28,539 nt of DNA from a virus (taxonomy: Duplodnaviria; Caudoviricetes), in the IMG/VR virus record IMGVR_UViG_3300032330_001898, positions 1 to 28,539 of that record; one strand, written 5' to 3'. The position numbers were made by a program, and so were the translations under genes. The notes under the pieces were generated by a model that saw nothing but the letters and a program-made list of their open reading frames with translations, made no database searches and was not told the DNA's origin. Shown here piece after piece: positions 18,401 to 23,870 of this stretch (position 1 is the stretch's first letter; every line of letters starts with the position of its first letter).

Positions 18401-21400
18401 AGCATTGATGTTCCTGGCTTGAATGTTCTTTGGAACATAACGTCTCTTGGTTCTCTGCCCATAGGCTTAGCCTTTGCAAGATCTGCTTGTGCGCTTACAA
18501 TCGCCTCTTCATGCATATTCAAGTATGTTGCTATATTTTCTTCAAATGGGACCCCACTGCGCCAGCCCCTAAATCTATCTTCTAAATACCTTTTAGACAT
18601 AGCAGCTATCTGAGGGTTTGGATCATTTAAAGCTTCAACTTGTCTTTTTGCACTTCCTAATTTTTCTTTAGCTTTTATTACTTGGTTTTCTCTAAACTCT
18701 CGTTGCTGTGCATTACCCTCAAAATCTTTACCTTGCAGCCAGTCAAATCCCCATTCTGTGTAAGCAGATGGATTTCCAGTAAGATTGATCTTTTTTCCGA
18801 TAATACTTTCATAAGATCCAGAGGAAAGGGCATCCAAAATTGAAACTTGTTGCTCTGTTGGCATTTCTCCTGGAACACCAAGAACAGTTTTTCTTCTCAA
18901 AGTCATTGCTTCTTTGAGTGGCATAAAATAAGATAATAGAGTTTCTAATCTTTTTGGGTTATTTCTAATTGCTGATGTATTTTGTTGCCAAACACTAGCA
19001 AGATAATTCAGATTTGTTTCATCATTTACAAATTCACGCAAAGAGGCTAGTTCACTTTTTTCTGTACCAGAAAGACTTTTCATTGCAACTTCTGTTGCTA
19101 CATATTCTTCTGCTTCTTCTCTAGTTGCAAAAAATGGATGACGATTAAGTTCTGGAGTTCTTGTTTGGAATCCATAATCAATGGGTAGTCTTGGTCCCTG
19201 CCATTGTGCTGCTCTAAATGTTCTTTGACCCTCGCCCCAAATATCCCCAACAGTTTGACCGCCACTTACAAATCCTGGAACATTTCCACCATTTTTTAAA
19301 GCAAGTATATTATTTATAAAACCTCTATTAATTGCATGAGCAAATAAAGTTCCAGATTTTTTTGATCCTTCTAATGCTGACATTTCTAATGCAAGGTTGC
19401 CATAAAGTAATTTAGCTCCTCTTGGCGAAGTTGATGGTCCACCACGCCCTCTATCTGCATAGTCTCTATTTTTTGCTGAAATAGTTACTTTTTCTTCTGT
19501 CCATTGTCGGAATGCTCCAATTGCGTCTGGAATGTTGAGAGAAGCTATTGTTTCTGATTGTATTCTTGCTAAAGGATTATTTTTATCGGTCAAAAGGGTT
19601 CCAGATGATTCCATAGCAAGAAGTTCTGTTATGTATCTTCTATCAAAATCTCTAAGGGCAGATCTATGCCGTTCTTTAGAAATTTCACCAATTTCAAGTA
19701 ATTTGTCTAAAAATTTAGAGTGTGTCCCCCTGAGAGCCATTTGTTCCCCAGGGTTTGTACTCCTTGAACCACTCATAGCAGCCTTTAAAAATTCTCTTGG
19801 GCTTACTCCATTTTGATCTAAATCGGAATTTATGGAAATTCTTGATGCATTTCTCGTGTCACCAATAAGCAGTCCATTGCTTCCCTTTAATTCCCAAGTG
19901 TCACCTTTTTGTGCATTTCTTGTTCTTACACCTATCTCTTTCATCATTTCTGGTGAGACTTGCTGTAGCATTTTGAATGCTATATCTGTTGGAATAGAAT
20001 CCATATCTGATGCAGATAATTTATTGCCGTCTCTATCTGTATATCCACCGAACATAAATCCTGGGATTCTTCCACCATTTTGGAATCTTGGTGCTCTATT
20101 AAAGTTTATGTCATGAAGGACTCCACCATATTGTTTAGCAGCATTTTTATTTACAACAAATTCCCCAGGCTCCAACATGGCTGGAACTTTATCTCCATCA
20201 CCTGTTCCTGGGACCCAGGCAGAGCCTCCCGATTGTAATTTCTTAGTTGGTCCTGAGAAGCCTACAATTGTAGATTTTAATCTCTGTGCCCCCATCGTTT
20301 CTCCAGGACCCAATTGTTCTGCAAATGATTTACTTTGCCTTGAAGCGGTAAGTGCAATTTCAGCTTCAAGGTTTCTTCCTGCCATGAGTGCTGCTTGTGG
20401 TGTCGCTGCACCTGAAATCTGAGATGTAACCATAACTCGATAATTGTTAATTTCTCTAACAGCGTTTGCCGATAATGTATCAACAAATTGTTGCCATGCA
20501 ACGGAAACTCTTCCAGCACGAGATTGTGAATCTCCACTTGTCATAATTCTTTTAACTTGAGCATTTAACTCATCAATAGCAGTTTCAGAACCAGACAAAA
20601 GAGTTTTTTGTGCAACAAGGTTATCTACAACAGATTTATTAACCTGTGATGCTTCAAATACGACTTTATCAATGATAATCTCAAGTTCTGCAATTTGGGC
20701 ATCTGTTAATTGACGACCCTTTTGACTTGTAAATCCAAGAATTCTTGTTAATTCTTCTCCTGCTAATTCTTCATCTTTAATTTTTCCACGAATAATTTGG
20801 TCATGAATGTCGATAAGTCTTTGAGTTTCTCTGGCAAAAATTTCATCTCTTGAAGGACCGCCCGCATTTCCATAAATAACATTTTCTTGACCGTATCTTC
20901 TTTGCAAAAGACCTGCTGCAGAACCTTGAGGAACCATGCCATATTGTGACATTTGACCTTCTTCAAAGTATTGCTTAAACTTTTCTGCACCCACTTGTGG
21001 TCCATGCTTAGTGATGTAACTAGCCTCAACTGCTTGTAGTTGGGGGGTAGCAGAAGGATTAGCATAATATTGTTTTAATGCTTCTGCTTTAGAAGTATAG
21101 TGTGGTCTTTCTCCACCTTGCTGCTTTGAATCTGCTTCATATAAATGCAGGGCAGTAAGTTCATCCTTAGACATTGTTGCATATTTAGTGTTAGGAATAT
21201 ATGGAGTAATTGGATGACCAGCAATGTCAAGGAGGTTTTCAGAAAGCTTTTGAATTTCTCTATTTAAAATAGCAAATGCTTGAGTAGCATTTGTTGCATT
21301 TTGTGCAAGCATATCTGTATTATGAGATGCTGCCAAAGAACTTGTATCAATCATCTCAAAATAGTTTTGAATACCTTGGAATGCTCCCTTTAAGCCAGAT

Positions 21401-23160
21401 GCCTCTGTTCCAATTCCCTTAAAACCTTGTCTCCACATTCTGAAGAAATTAGCACCTTTAACTAATGATCCAACAAGGTTAATCATCAAACCGCTAAGCA
21501 TAAGTACGGGACCGACTATGGCTGCCCCTCCAAGTGCCCCAACTAAAATATTTTTTAAAGCCCCGAACTTATTTACTACCTCAAGCAGCTTAGAAAATAT
21601 GTTCATTGCTTTGGTAGCCCACTTGGTAAATTGCTCACCTAGTGGCAATAACTGCGACCTAAACTCTTGGATTGCTCTATTGTATCTACCAGAAACGCTG
21701 TTTGCTTGTTTCTCAAGTTCTTTTGCTGCTATAGCAGCTAACTGTGTTGATGAAGCCATAGAAAGTTTAAACACTTGCTCGGTTTGGCTTCCCGCAGTTC
21801 CTAAATTATTGATAAGTGCTGTGATTTTCGCAAACTGAAATTTTCCAAATATGTTTTCAATTAGTCTTGCCTTGTCTGTCGGATCTATACTGTCTAAAGC
21901 AACTTGTAAATCTTTCATCATTAACAAAAGATTGCCAGAATTCTTTTTTGTAATTGCTTCAAGGTTCAGACCGAACTCGCTAAAAGACTCTGTAGCTCTT
22001 CTGCTTGGATTAATAAGCGATGCCATTGCAGACTTGATTGCGTTAGCACCTTCTGCTGCAGGAACTCCCGCTTCTCTTAGGGCTACCATCATTACAGACA
22101 AATCTTTATAACTTCCCCCAAGTTGCTTAATAACATTAGATGCTCTTGGCAAAGATTCAACCAAATCGCCCATCGATGTGCTTGTTTGGTTTTCTACTGC
22201 GTTAAGAAAGTCTACTGCTTTGGCGGTATCCATTGCTGAAAGTTTAAAAGTTTGTTGCAAAGCAATAGTTGCTTTAATTGCACTTTGTTGATCTATCTCT
22301 CCAAGAGTTGAAAGTCGCAATACTTCTCTGGTTGACTTAATAAGTTCCTGACCCTGTAAACCAGTTGCAGCTAAATCTGCAGCTGCTGCTGCGGTTTGTT
22401 GGGCGGTTACTCCGTATGCAGTAGCCAATTCCCTTGCTAAATCTAAAGTTTGTTTTCTAATTGTATCTAAAGTTTGTTGAGATGTAATTGTAAGACCAGT
22501 TCCATAAACCTTAGCTAATCTTGTTAACTCTTTATCTACATCTTGAAATACCTTTGATGCTTGTGCTCCAAATGCAACCATTGGAACTGTAAGACCTACT
22601 GTCAGTTGTCGACCTGTCCATTGGGTATTTTTACCAAGATTAATAAGCTCGGTACCCATTCCACGAATAACGGAATTAAGAGCTTTTGTTTTAATATTCA
22701 TTGCTTCTTGAGTTGCACCTAAAGTTTTAAGGTCAGCATTGATGCTAGTAATTACTCTTGAATATCCCGTTTTTAATGCATCTGGAATAACAAATGACTT
22801 AGCAACTCTCGCTTGAGAATCTGCTAAGTCATCTAATTGATTTTTTGCCTGAGCGTTTCTATTTCTCCAAAGATCATAGTATTGATGAAGACCAAGTTTT
22901 CCTCTTTCAATGCTTGATCCTAATTCATCAATGTGGTCTGTGGACTTTACTAGTTCCATATTAAAGGCACGAGTAGATAAGACCATTTGATCGAATCTTT
23001 TTTGAACTGCCTGAATTTCATCTGCTGTTTGTTTTCCAGATGTACCAAGAAGTGGTTGGGCTTGTAATGTTGCAATGGATGCCTTTAGCTTACTAATCTC
23101 AGTTTGTACCTGAGAAAAGTTAGCATAAGCATTAACATTAAAGTTAATATTGTTAGCCAT
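12460..23160 (-). CDS. Tape measure protein (3566 aa) with an internal array of ADP-ribosyltransferase-like cassettes
   Basis: Lies between the tail chaperones and Dit. N-terminal TP901-type core (GRQLTVGLTVP...LAATGL...ENQTS...LREAGV...ANAIKS), hydrophobic Gly/Ala segments, a long coiled coil, and the canonical C-terminal YATGG...GPGGPTSDMIPAMLSNGEYVV...YNINV. Globular insert at aa ~975-2580. Confidence 0.92.
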   Translation of the reverse strand: MANNINFNVNAYANFSQVQTEISKLKASIATLQAQPLLGTSGKQTADEIQAVQKRFDQMVLSTRAFNMELVKSTDHIDELGSSIERGKLGLHQYYDLWRNRNAQAKNQLDDLADSQARVAKSFVIPDALKTGYSRVITSINADLKTLGATQEAMNIKTKALNSVIRGMGTELINLGKNTQWTGRQLTVGLTVPMVAFGAQASKVFQDVDKELTRLAKVYGTGLTITSQQTLDTIRKQTLDLARELATAYGVTAQQTAAAAADLAATGLQGQELIKSTREVLRLSTLGEIDQQSAIKATIALQQTFKLSAMDTAKAVDFLNAVENQTSTSMGDLVESLPRASNVIKQLGGSYKDLSVMMVALREAGVPAAEGANAIKSAMASLINPSRRATESFSEFGLNLEAITKKNSGNLLLMMKDLQVALDSIDPTDKARLIENIFGKFQFAKITALINNLGTAGSQTEQVFKLSMASSTQLAAIAAKELEKQANSVSGRYNRAIQEFRSQLLPLGEQFTKWATKAMNIFSKLLEVVNKFGALKNILVGALGGAAIVGPVLMLSGLMINLVGSLVKGANFFRMWRQGFKGIGTEASGLKGAFQGIQNYFEMIDTSSLAASHNTDMLAQNATNATQAFAILNREIQKLSENLLDIAGHPITPYIPNTKYATMSKDELTALHLYEADSKQQGGERPHYTSKAEALKQYYANPSATPQLQAVEASYITKHGPQVGAEKFKQYFEEGQMSQYGMVPQGSAAGLLQRRYGQENVIYGNAGGPSRDEIFARETQRLIDIHDQIIRGKIKDEELAGEELTRILGFTSQKGRQLTDAQIAELEIIIDKVVFEASQVNKSVVDNLVAQKTLLSGSETAIDELNAQVKRIMTSGDSQSRAGRVSVAWQQFVDTLSANAVREINNYRVMVTSQISGAATPQAALMAGRNLEAEIALTASRQSKSFAEQLGPGETMGAQRLKSTIVGFSGPTKKLQSGGSAWVPGTGDGDKVPAMLEPGEFVVNKNAAKQYGGVLHDINFNRAPRFQNGGRIPGFMFGGYTDRDGNKLSASDMDSIPTDIAFKMLQQVSPEMMKEIGVRTRNAQKGDTWELKGSNGLLIGDTRNASRISINSDLDQNGVSPREFLKAAMSGSRSTNPGEQMALRGTHSKFLDKLLEIGEISKERHRSALRDFDRRYITELLAMESSGTLLTDKNNPLARIQSETIASLNIPDAIGAFRQWTEEKVTISAKNRDYADRGRGGPSTSPRGAKLLYGNLALEMSALEGSKKSGTLFAHAINRGFINNILALKNGGNVPGFVSGGQTVGDIWGEGQRTFRAAQWQGPRLPIDYGFQTRTPELNRHPFFATREEAEEYVATEVAMKSLSGTEKSELASLREFVNDETNLNYLASVWQQNTSAIRNNPKRLETLLSYFMPLKEAMTLRRKTVLGVPGEMPTEQQVSILDALSSGSYESIIGKKINLTGNPSAYTEWGFDWLQGKDFEGNAQQREFRENQVIKAKEKLGSAKRQVEALNDPNPQIAAMSKRYLEDRFRGWRSGVPFEENIATYLNMHEEAIVSAQADLAKAKPMGREPRDVMFQRTFKPGTSMLDISAVNPNEKYRGIPLMEREWITGPGNPTIESVSQAWFPPNKMLGGQRAYQHAIENNLFPYVLNMKQRGGIQHLAQGTKDDEYNLQELANTWQQGPKGIRNYPDKLEALLRFFTPIKQAMTLRRKSMLGVPGEMPDAQQIAILKALESGNYESILGSKFTLNGRPSAYTEWGPEWLMAREFHDYPLKMRQAGNMVSNAQSEIENLERFVANLQSPDKETAKFAREQLVKRNSVFKSAEDLTPENIEKLRQAKQRMLEMQIESQKALSPMGMKPRDVIFQRLFGAGTPMLDITSANPGGKYRGTKLMEKEWLANPGEPILESISQAWIPPDRYMGGKHLYPEWVRNLPYVLNMKKRGGTIRGFQSGDEVPPDKRGKFYDSDISPEEMFSAGISAWINGEWWGKRDKLNKQPLLDLMRPISRGKQDMMRATVLNPGVSYELPSKQQKMLMDAVRSGNYDDIFGKEVDFSSVTSWSSMRDEGSGPYGFMGIYRFILHEMDRIQYAKKIAGPDGQLKSSRLGPEGAMGAFFRLISGDKTIGRDISYGKIGNYKTLLNEILLGATSGNITGISSDLKTRKPIFHVQGHQKGGIQKLVKGGVKTPFEQIIGKRAQRMGAESPGREFIPVTPDDILGSPLYHGDKTGALPSELGSRGAVQDNWFQGDFFTTSSQKIASQYDRAGVKMVSNIPDQQRKLINLLEGGPSIMTQSSSLFRSIYMNFMKGGRNRLKIQDPRAAKFHNDYEYALRDIAWSTPYGDRSLESELKKFQARQDLVSNSLAKIGGSPLEFNRALDRYNNSKKIPLKSKNPVEQIALDAVHAKREEAKILRIGRTIEMNYRAGNFEGASEEDIRKLKELKARKAPHKFYNTYADGFVYQEGMLGRHGKPAIGYRRTEIFENNDVLRKSLLQNGYTGLVHTGGLATHGDPHNVAAWFDPTGIKTKKLQQGGSPWVPGSGNGDRVPAMLEPGEFVVNKNAAKQYGGLLHHLNWNAAPRFATGSGEPGKETLFGGIVNKLFGPLTTGMQMAAGAERSKANRGQTRETDPTKIVAQITVSAKAFKDGVDSITTPIDAMRQQVVKAEVGLQDLATSIRATSGATAQSAKEAIKERKQKVKDSIPTRDTSLQGQVRKLSDADKKKWIFGAPNPLEPEGQDQRGLVPKYEKPSKMGNLLSKAKGLTGMTGSPGFSMGGMMAAQVAAPIISGIANKIVGDNQIAKGAVNTATQWGSMGAMLGPEGAIVAGAAGAIFGGVTSYMAKTKAEAKQAADAISVSTTTSTDALKILGVRIGDFSSATVLASNGLQKPIDKMQKIINALADSIKGAGDAETQNALKNLKEGDQTQKTSQLKDVFQSTLMSTGSQAKATQAVKAWMKASGMDLAQQGSILSSKEFDPAGKGRTGNELSSLLGRTDQNKNAGANVLFQASTTTDIKTFSSQLSKAFTSGNLNKINNSGVAFNQFNNQVRATNPSLATLNSHLFKSGAQLSTIAKVDVLAANGFKMTAGQAEYLTKNLKMLTAVTDLASAAQSVQIGAQPFIDRMYKKDENWAKTKQKALKDTTTQINNQIKAQNNFIKSQQNGINAIQKEIDARQKLWDKKQEGIQQQQTLDNLAKNVNEAQASGDLIGLALAQNAYNKELKNERELKEKQAKDESDQKRIANLQSAIDKANGVIDTLNEKLNTAQTKFDDTADKSTNFGETAEKAIEAVRDDVANGKITDEKTLRGALHKAGLTAGEVDTAFANIDKDGNFQKIVDNATVINKALVGVKDGFQRQVALALMMGGMDADKALKQAGLAAINKTSVTPKGGATVVANGKTWVYKDTKTGRWSDPKPNEVTEDNWEGVGWYQTQISPPEFSTRQPKGKFTQGKGKYATGGYISGPGGPTSDMIPAMLSNGEYVVKASAVSQYGTQLLDSINNKKFATGGLARNYAVGGSVGDNNNTSFSDNSVYNINVTANTNASADDIAQTVIKAIQRQQNALTTSRNMGSMR
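12631..12819 (-). repeat. TMP 'PAML-x-x-GE-x-VV' repeat, copy 3 (canonical C-terminal copy)
   Basis: YATGGYISGPGGPTSDMIPAMLSNGEYVVKASAVSQYG...FATGGLARNYAVGG. Confidence 0.85.
15421..15585 (-). repeat. TMP repeat, copy 2 (closes the cargo array)
   Basis: LQQGGSPWVPGSGNGDRVPAMLEPGEFVVNKNAAKQYGGLLHHLNWNAAPRFATG. Confidence 0.9.
15586..16614 (-). other. TMP cassette E: ART-PolyVal-like (H-Y clade) ADP-ribosyltransferase domain
   Basis: PLYHG...GDFFTTSSQKIASQY...LLQNGYTGLV...VAAWFDPTGIK matches the YHG / GxYFT...A..Y / GYDG / VFDPxQIK signature. Confidence 0.7.
16654..17304 (-). other. TMP cassette D: divergent R-S-E-clade ART-like domain
   Basis: MMRATVL (R), TSWSS, NEILL. ELPSKQQ..MDAVRSGNYDDIFGKEVDF aligns with cassettes B and C. 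Confidence 0.6.
17347..18168 (-). other. TMP cassette C: R-S-E-clade (VIP2/Alt/Mod-like) ART-like domain
   Basis: MTLRR, PSAYT, GTPMLDI, EKEWL in the canonical order. Confidence 0.7.
18208..19257 (-). other. TMP cassette B: R-S-E-clade (VIP2/Alt/Mod-like) ART-like domain
   Basis: MTLRR, PSAYT, PGTSMLDIS, EREWI in the canonical order; paralogue of cassette C. Confidence 0.7.
19300..20043 (-). other. TMP cassette A: unrecognised globular domain (~248 aa)
   Basis: Bounded by the FQNGGRIPGFMFGG and LKNGGNVPGFVSGG linkers; composition unlike tape-measure helix. Confidence 0.5.
20071..20238 (-). repeat. TMP repeat, copy 1 (opens the cargo array)
   Basis: LQSGGSAWVPGTGDGDKVPAMLEPGEFVVNKNAAKQYGGVLHDINFNRAPRFQNGG; 43/55 aa identical to copy 2 by hand count. 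Confidence 0.9.
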
Positions 23161-23471
23161 TAGCCCTCCGCAACATAACCAAGTCCCATACCAACTCCAA
23201 AGCCTTCTTTATTGGCTCTCCAGCCCTTAAGATCAGCAATGTCAGCCATTTGAGGCTCTTCTTTTTCTTCAAGTTCAACTCCCTGGAGTGCAGCCATAAA
23301 TTTATTTTGCCTATCCTCTTTGTCATGCATTGCTTTAAGTGTTGCAAGCAATTCTTCGATAGATATACTAGACTCCAGTTCATCATAATTTTTCCAATGA
23401 CCCAGAAGAAAAACTTCTGCTTCTAAGGTGGCTAAATCTAGTTCACTCCAGCTAGATCCGCCACCGCTAGG
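23160..23471 (-). CDS. Tail assembly chaperone, frameshifted (gpT-like) extension; the fusion with 23471-23773 is ~204 aa
   Basis: The -1 frame is open from the slippery site to the stop at 23160: PSGGGSSWSELDLATLEAEVFLLGHWKNYDELESSISIEELLATLKAMHDKEDRQNKFMAALQGVELE... The ORF track shows only the last 63 aa. Confidence 0.85.
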   Translation of the reverse strand, partial: PSGGGSSWSELDLATLEAEVFLLGHWKNYDELESSISIEELLATLKAMHDKEDRQNKFMAALQGVELEEKEEPQMADIADLKGWRANKEGFGVGMGLGYVAEG

Positions 23472-23477
23472 TTTGGG
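23427..23477 (-). other. Programmed -1 ribosomal frameshift signal
   Basis: In-frame X XXY YYZ heptamer C CCA AAC (23471-23477), a 5-nt spacer, then the hairpin GGTGGC-GGATCTAG/loop/CTAGATTT-A-GCCACC (23427-23465). Confidence 0.85.
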
Positions 23478-23773
23478 TCATTAAGTTTTAGCCCTCCAGC
23501 AATTTCTAAAATTTTCATCATTGTTGGTACTTCAATGACTTCTTCAAATGTGTCTATATCTTTTGCAAGCGCAGGATTTAATTGCTCAAGGCAAACCATT
23601 GCTGCTTCAATAAAGATTTCCATTACCTGATCTTCATCTGTAACGTCTGGCTCGTCCATTTTCTTGATTACTGCCAGAAACTTCTTCAGATGCTTAATTG
23701 TTAATGGTCTGATTACTAATGTTTCTCCGTTTGATAACTGAATTTCTTCAATATCGTATACTGTTGTTGCCAA
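23438..23773 (-). CDS. Tail assembly chaperone (gpG-like, 111 aa)
   Basis: Between the major tail gene and the TMP; TTG start with AAGGAGG SD; ends ...LNDPN at the slippery site. Confidence 0.88.
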   Translation of the reverse strand: MATTVYDIEEIQLSNGETLVIRPLTIKHLKKFLAVIKKMDEPDVTDEDQVMEIFIEAAMVCLEQLNPALAKDIDTFEEVIEVPTMMKILEIAGGLKLNDPNLAVADLAGVN

Positions 23774-23799
23774 GGCAACCTCCTTATTTCTATAATAGA

Positions 23800-23808
23800 A
23801 TTATACCA
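23800..23808 (-). promoter_or_regulatory. Extended -10 promoter TGGTATAAT
   Basis: Exact TGnTATAAT between the terminator and the SD of the chaperone gene. Confidence 0.7.
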
Positions 23809-23814
23809 AAATAT

Positions 23815-23856
23815 ATATTAAATACATAAATGCCCCCGATTTCTCAGGGGCATTTA
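23815..23856 (-). terminator. Intrinsic terminator after the major tail gene
   Basis: TAAATGCCCCTGA-GAAA-TCGGGGGCATTTA: a 13-bp stem (one G-U) with a GAAA tetraloop, followed by T-rich sequence, 14 nt after the stop. Confidence 0.8.
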
Positions 23857-23870
23857 CGAAGCTGTTAACT

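Noticed and set aside
17347-19257. B/C duplication as an assembly artefact
   Set aside because: The copies differ at about a third of core residues and have unrelated central inserts.
15421-20238. TMP insert as an intein, intron, transposon or DGR target
   Set aside because: No intein termini (C/S...HN-C/S/T) or LAGLIDADG motifs, no stops or frame breaks, and no transposase or reverse transcriptase. The repeat differences are synonymous third-position changes, not adenine-specific.
11761-21065. Same-strand alternative-frame ORFs (11761-11958, 15453-15644, 20277-20537, 20763-21065)
   Set aside because: They are short, nested in long genes, and show no motifs or convincing SD.
23160-23351. 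63-aa ORF as an independent gene
   Set aside because: The frame is open 40 codons further upstream to the slippery site, so it is better explained as the frameshift product.
23153-23386. 77-aa minus-strand ORF MMNWSLV...
   Set aside because: It is in the same frame as gpG after its stop and overlaps the -1 frame that encodes the convincing chaperone extension.
23788-23800. Short palindrome TTCTAT-A-ATAGAA beside the promoter
   Set aside because: It is short, AT-only apart from one pair, and not repeated at the other promoters; likely chance.
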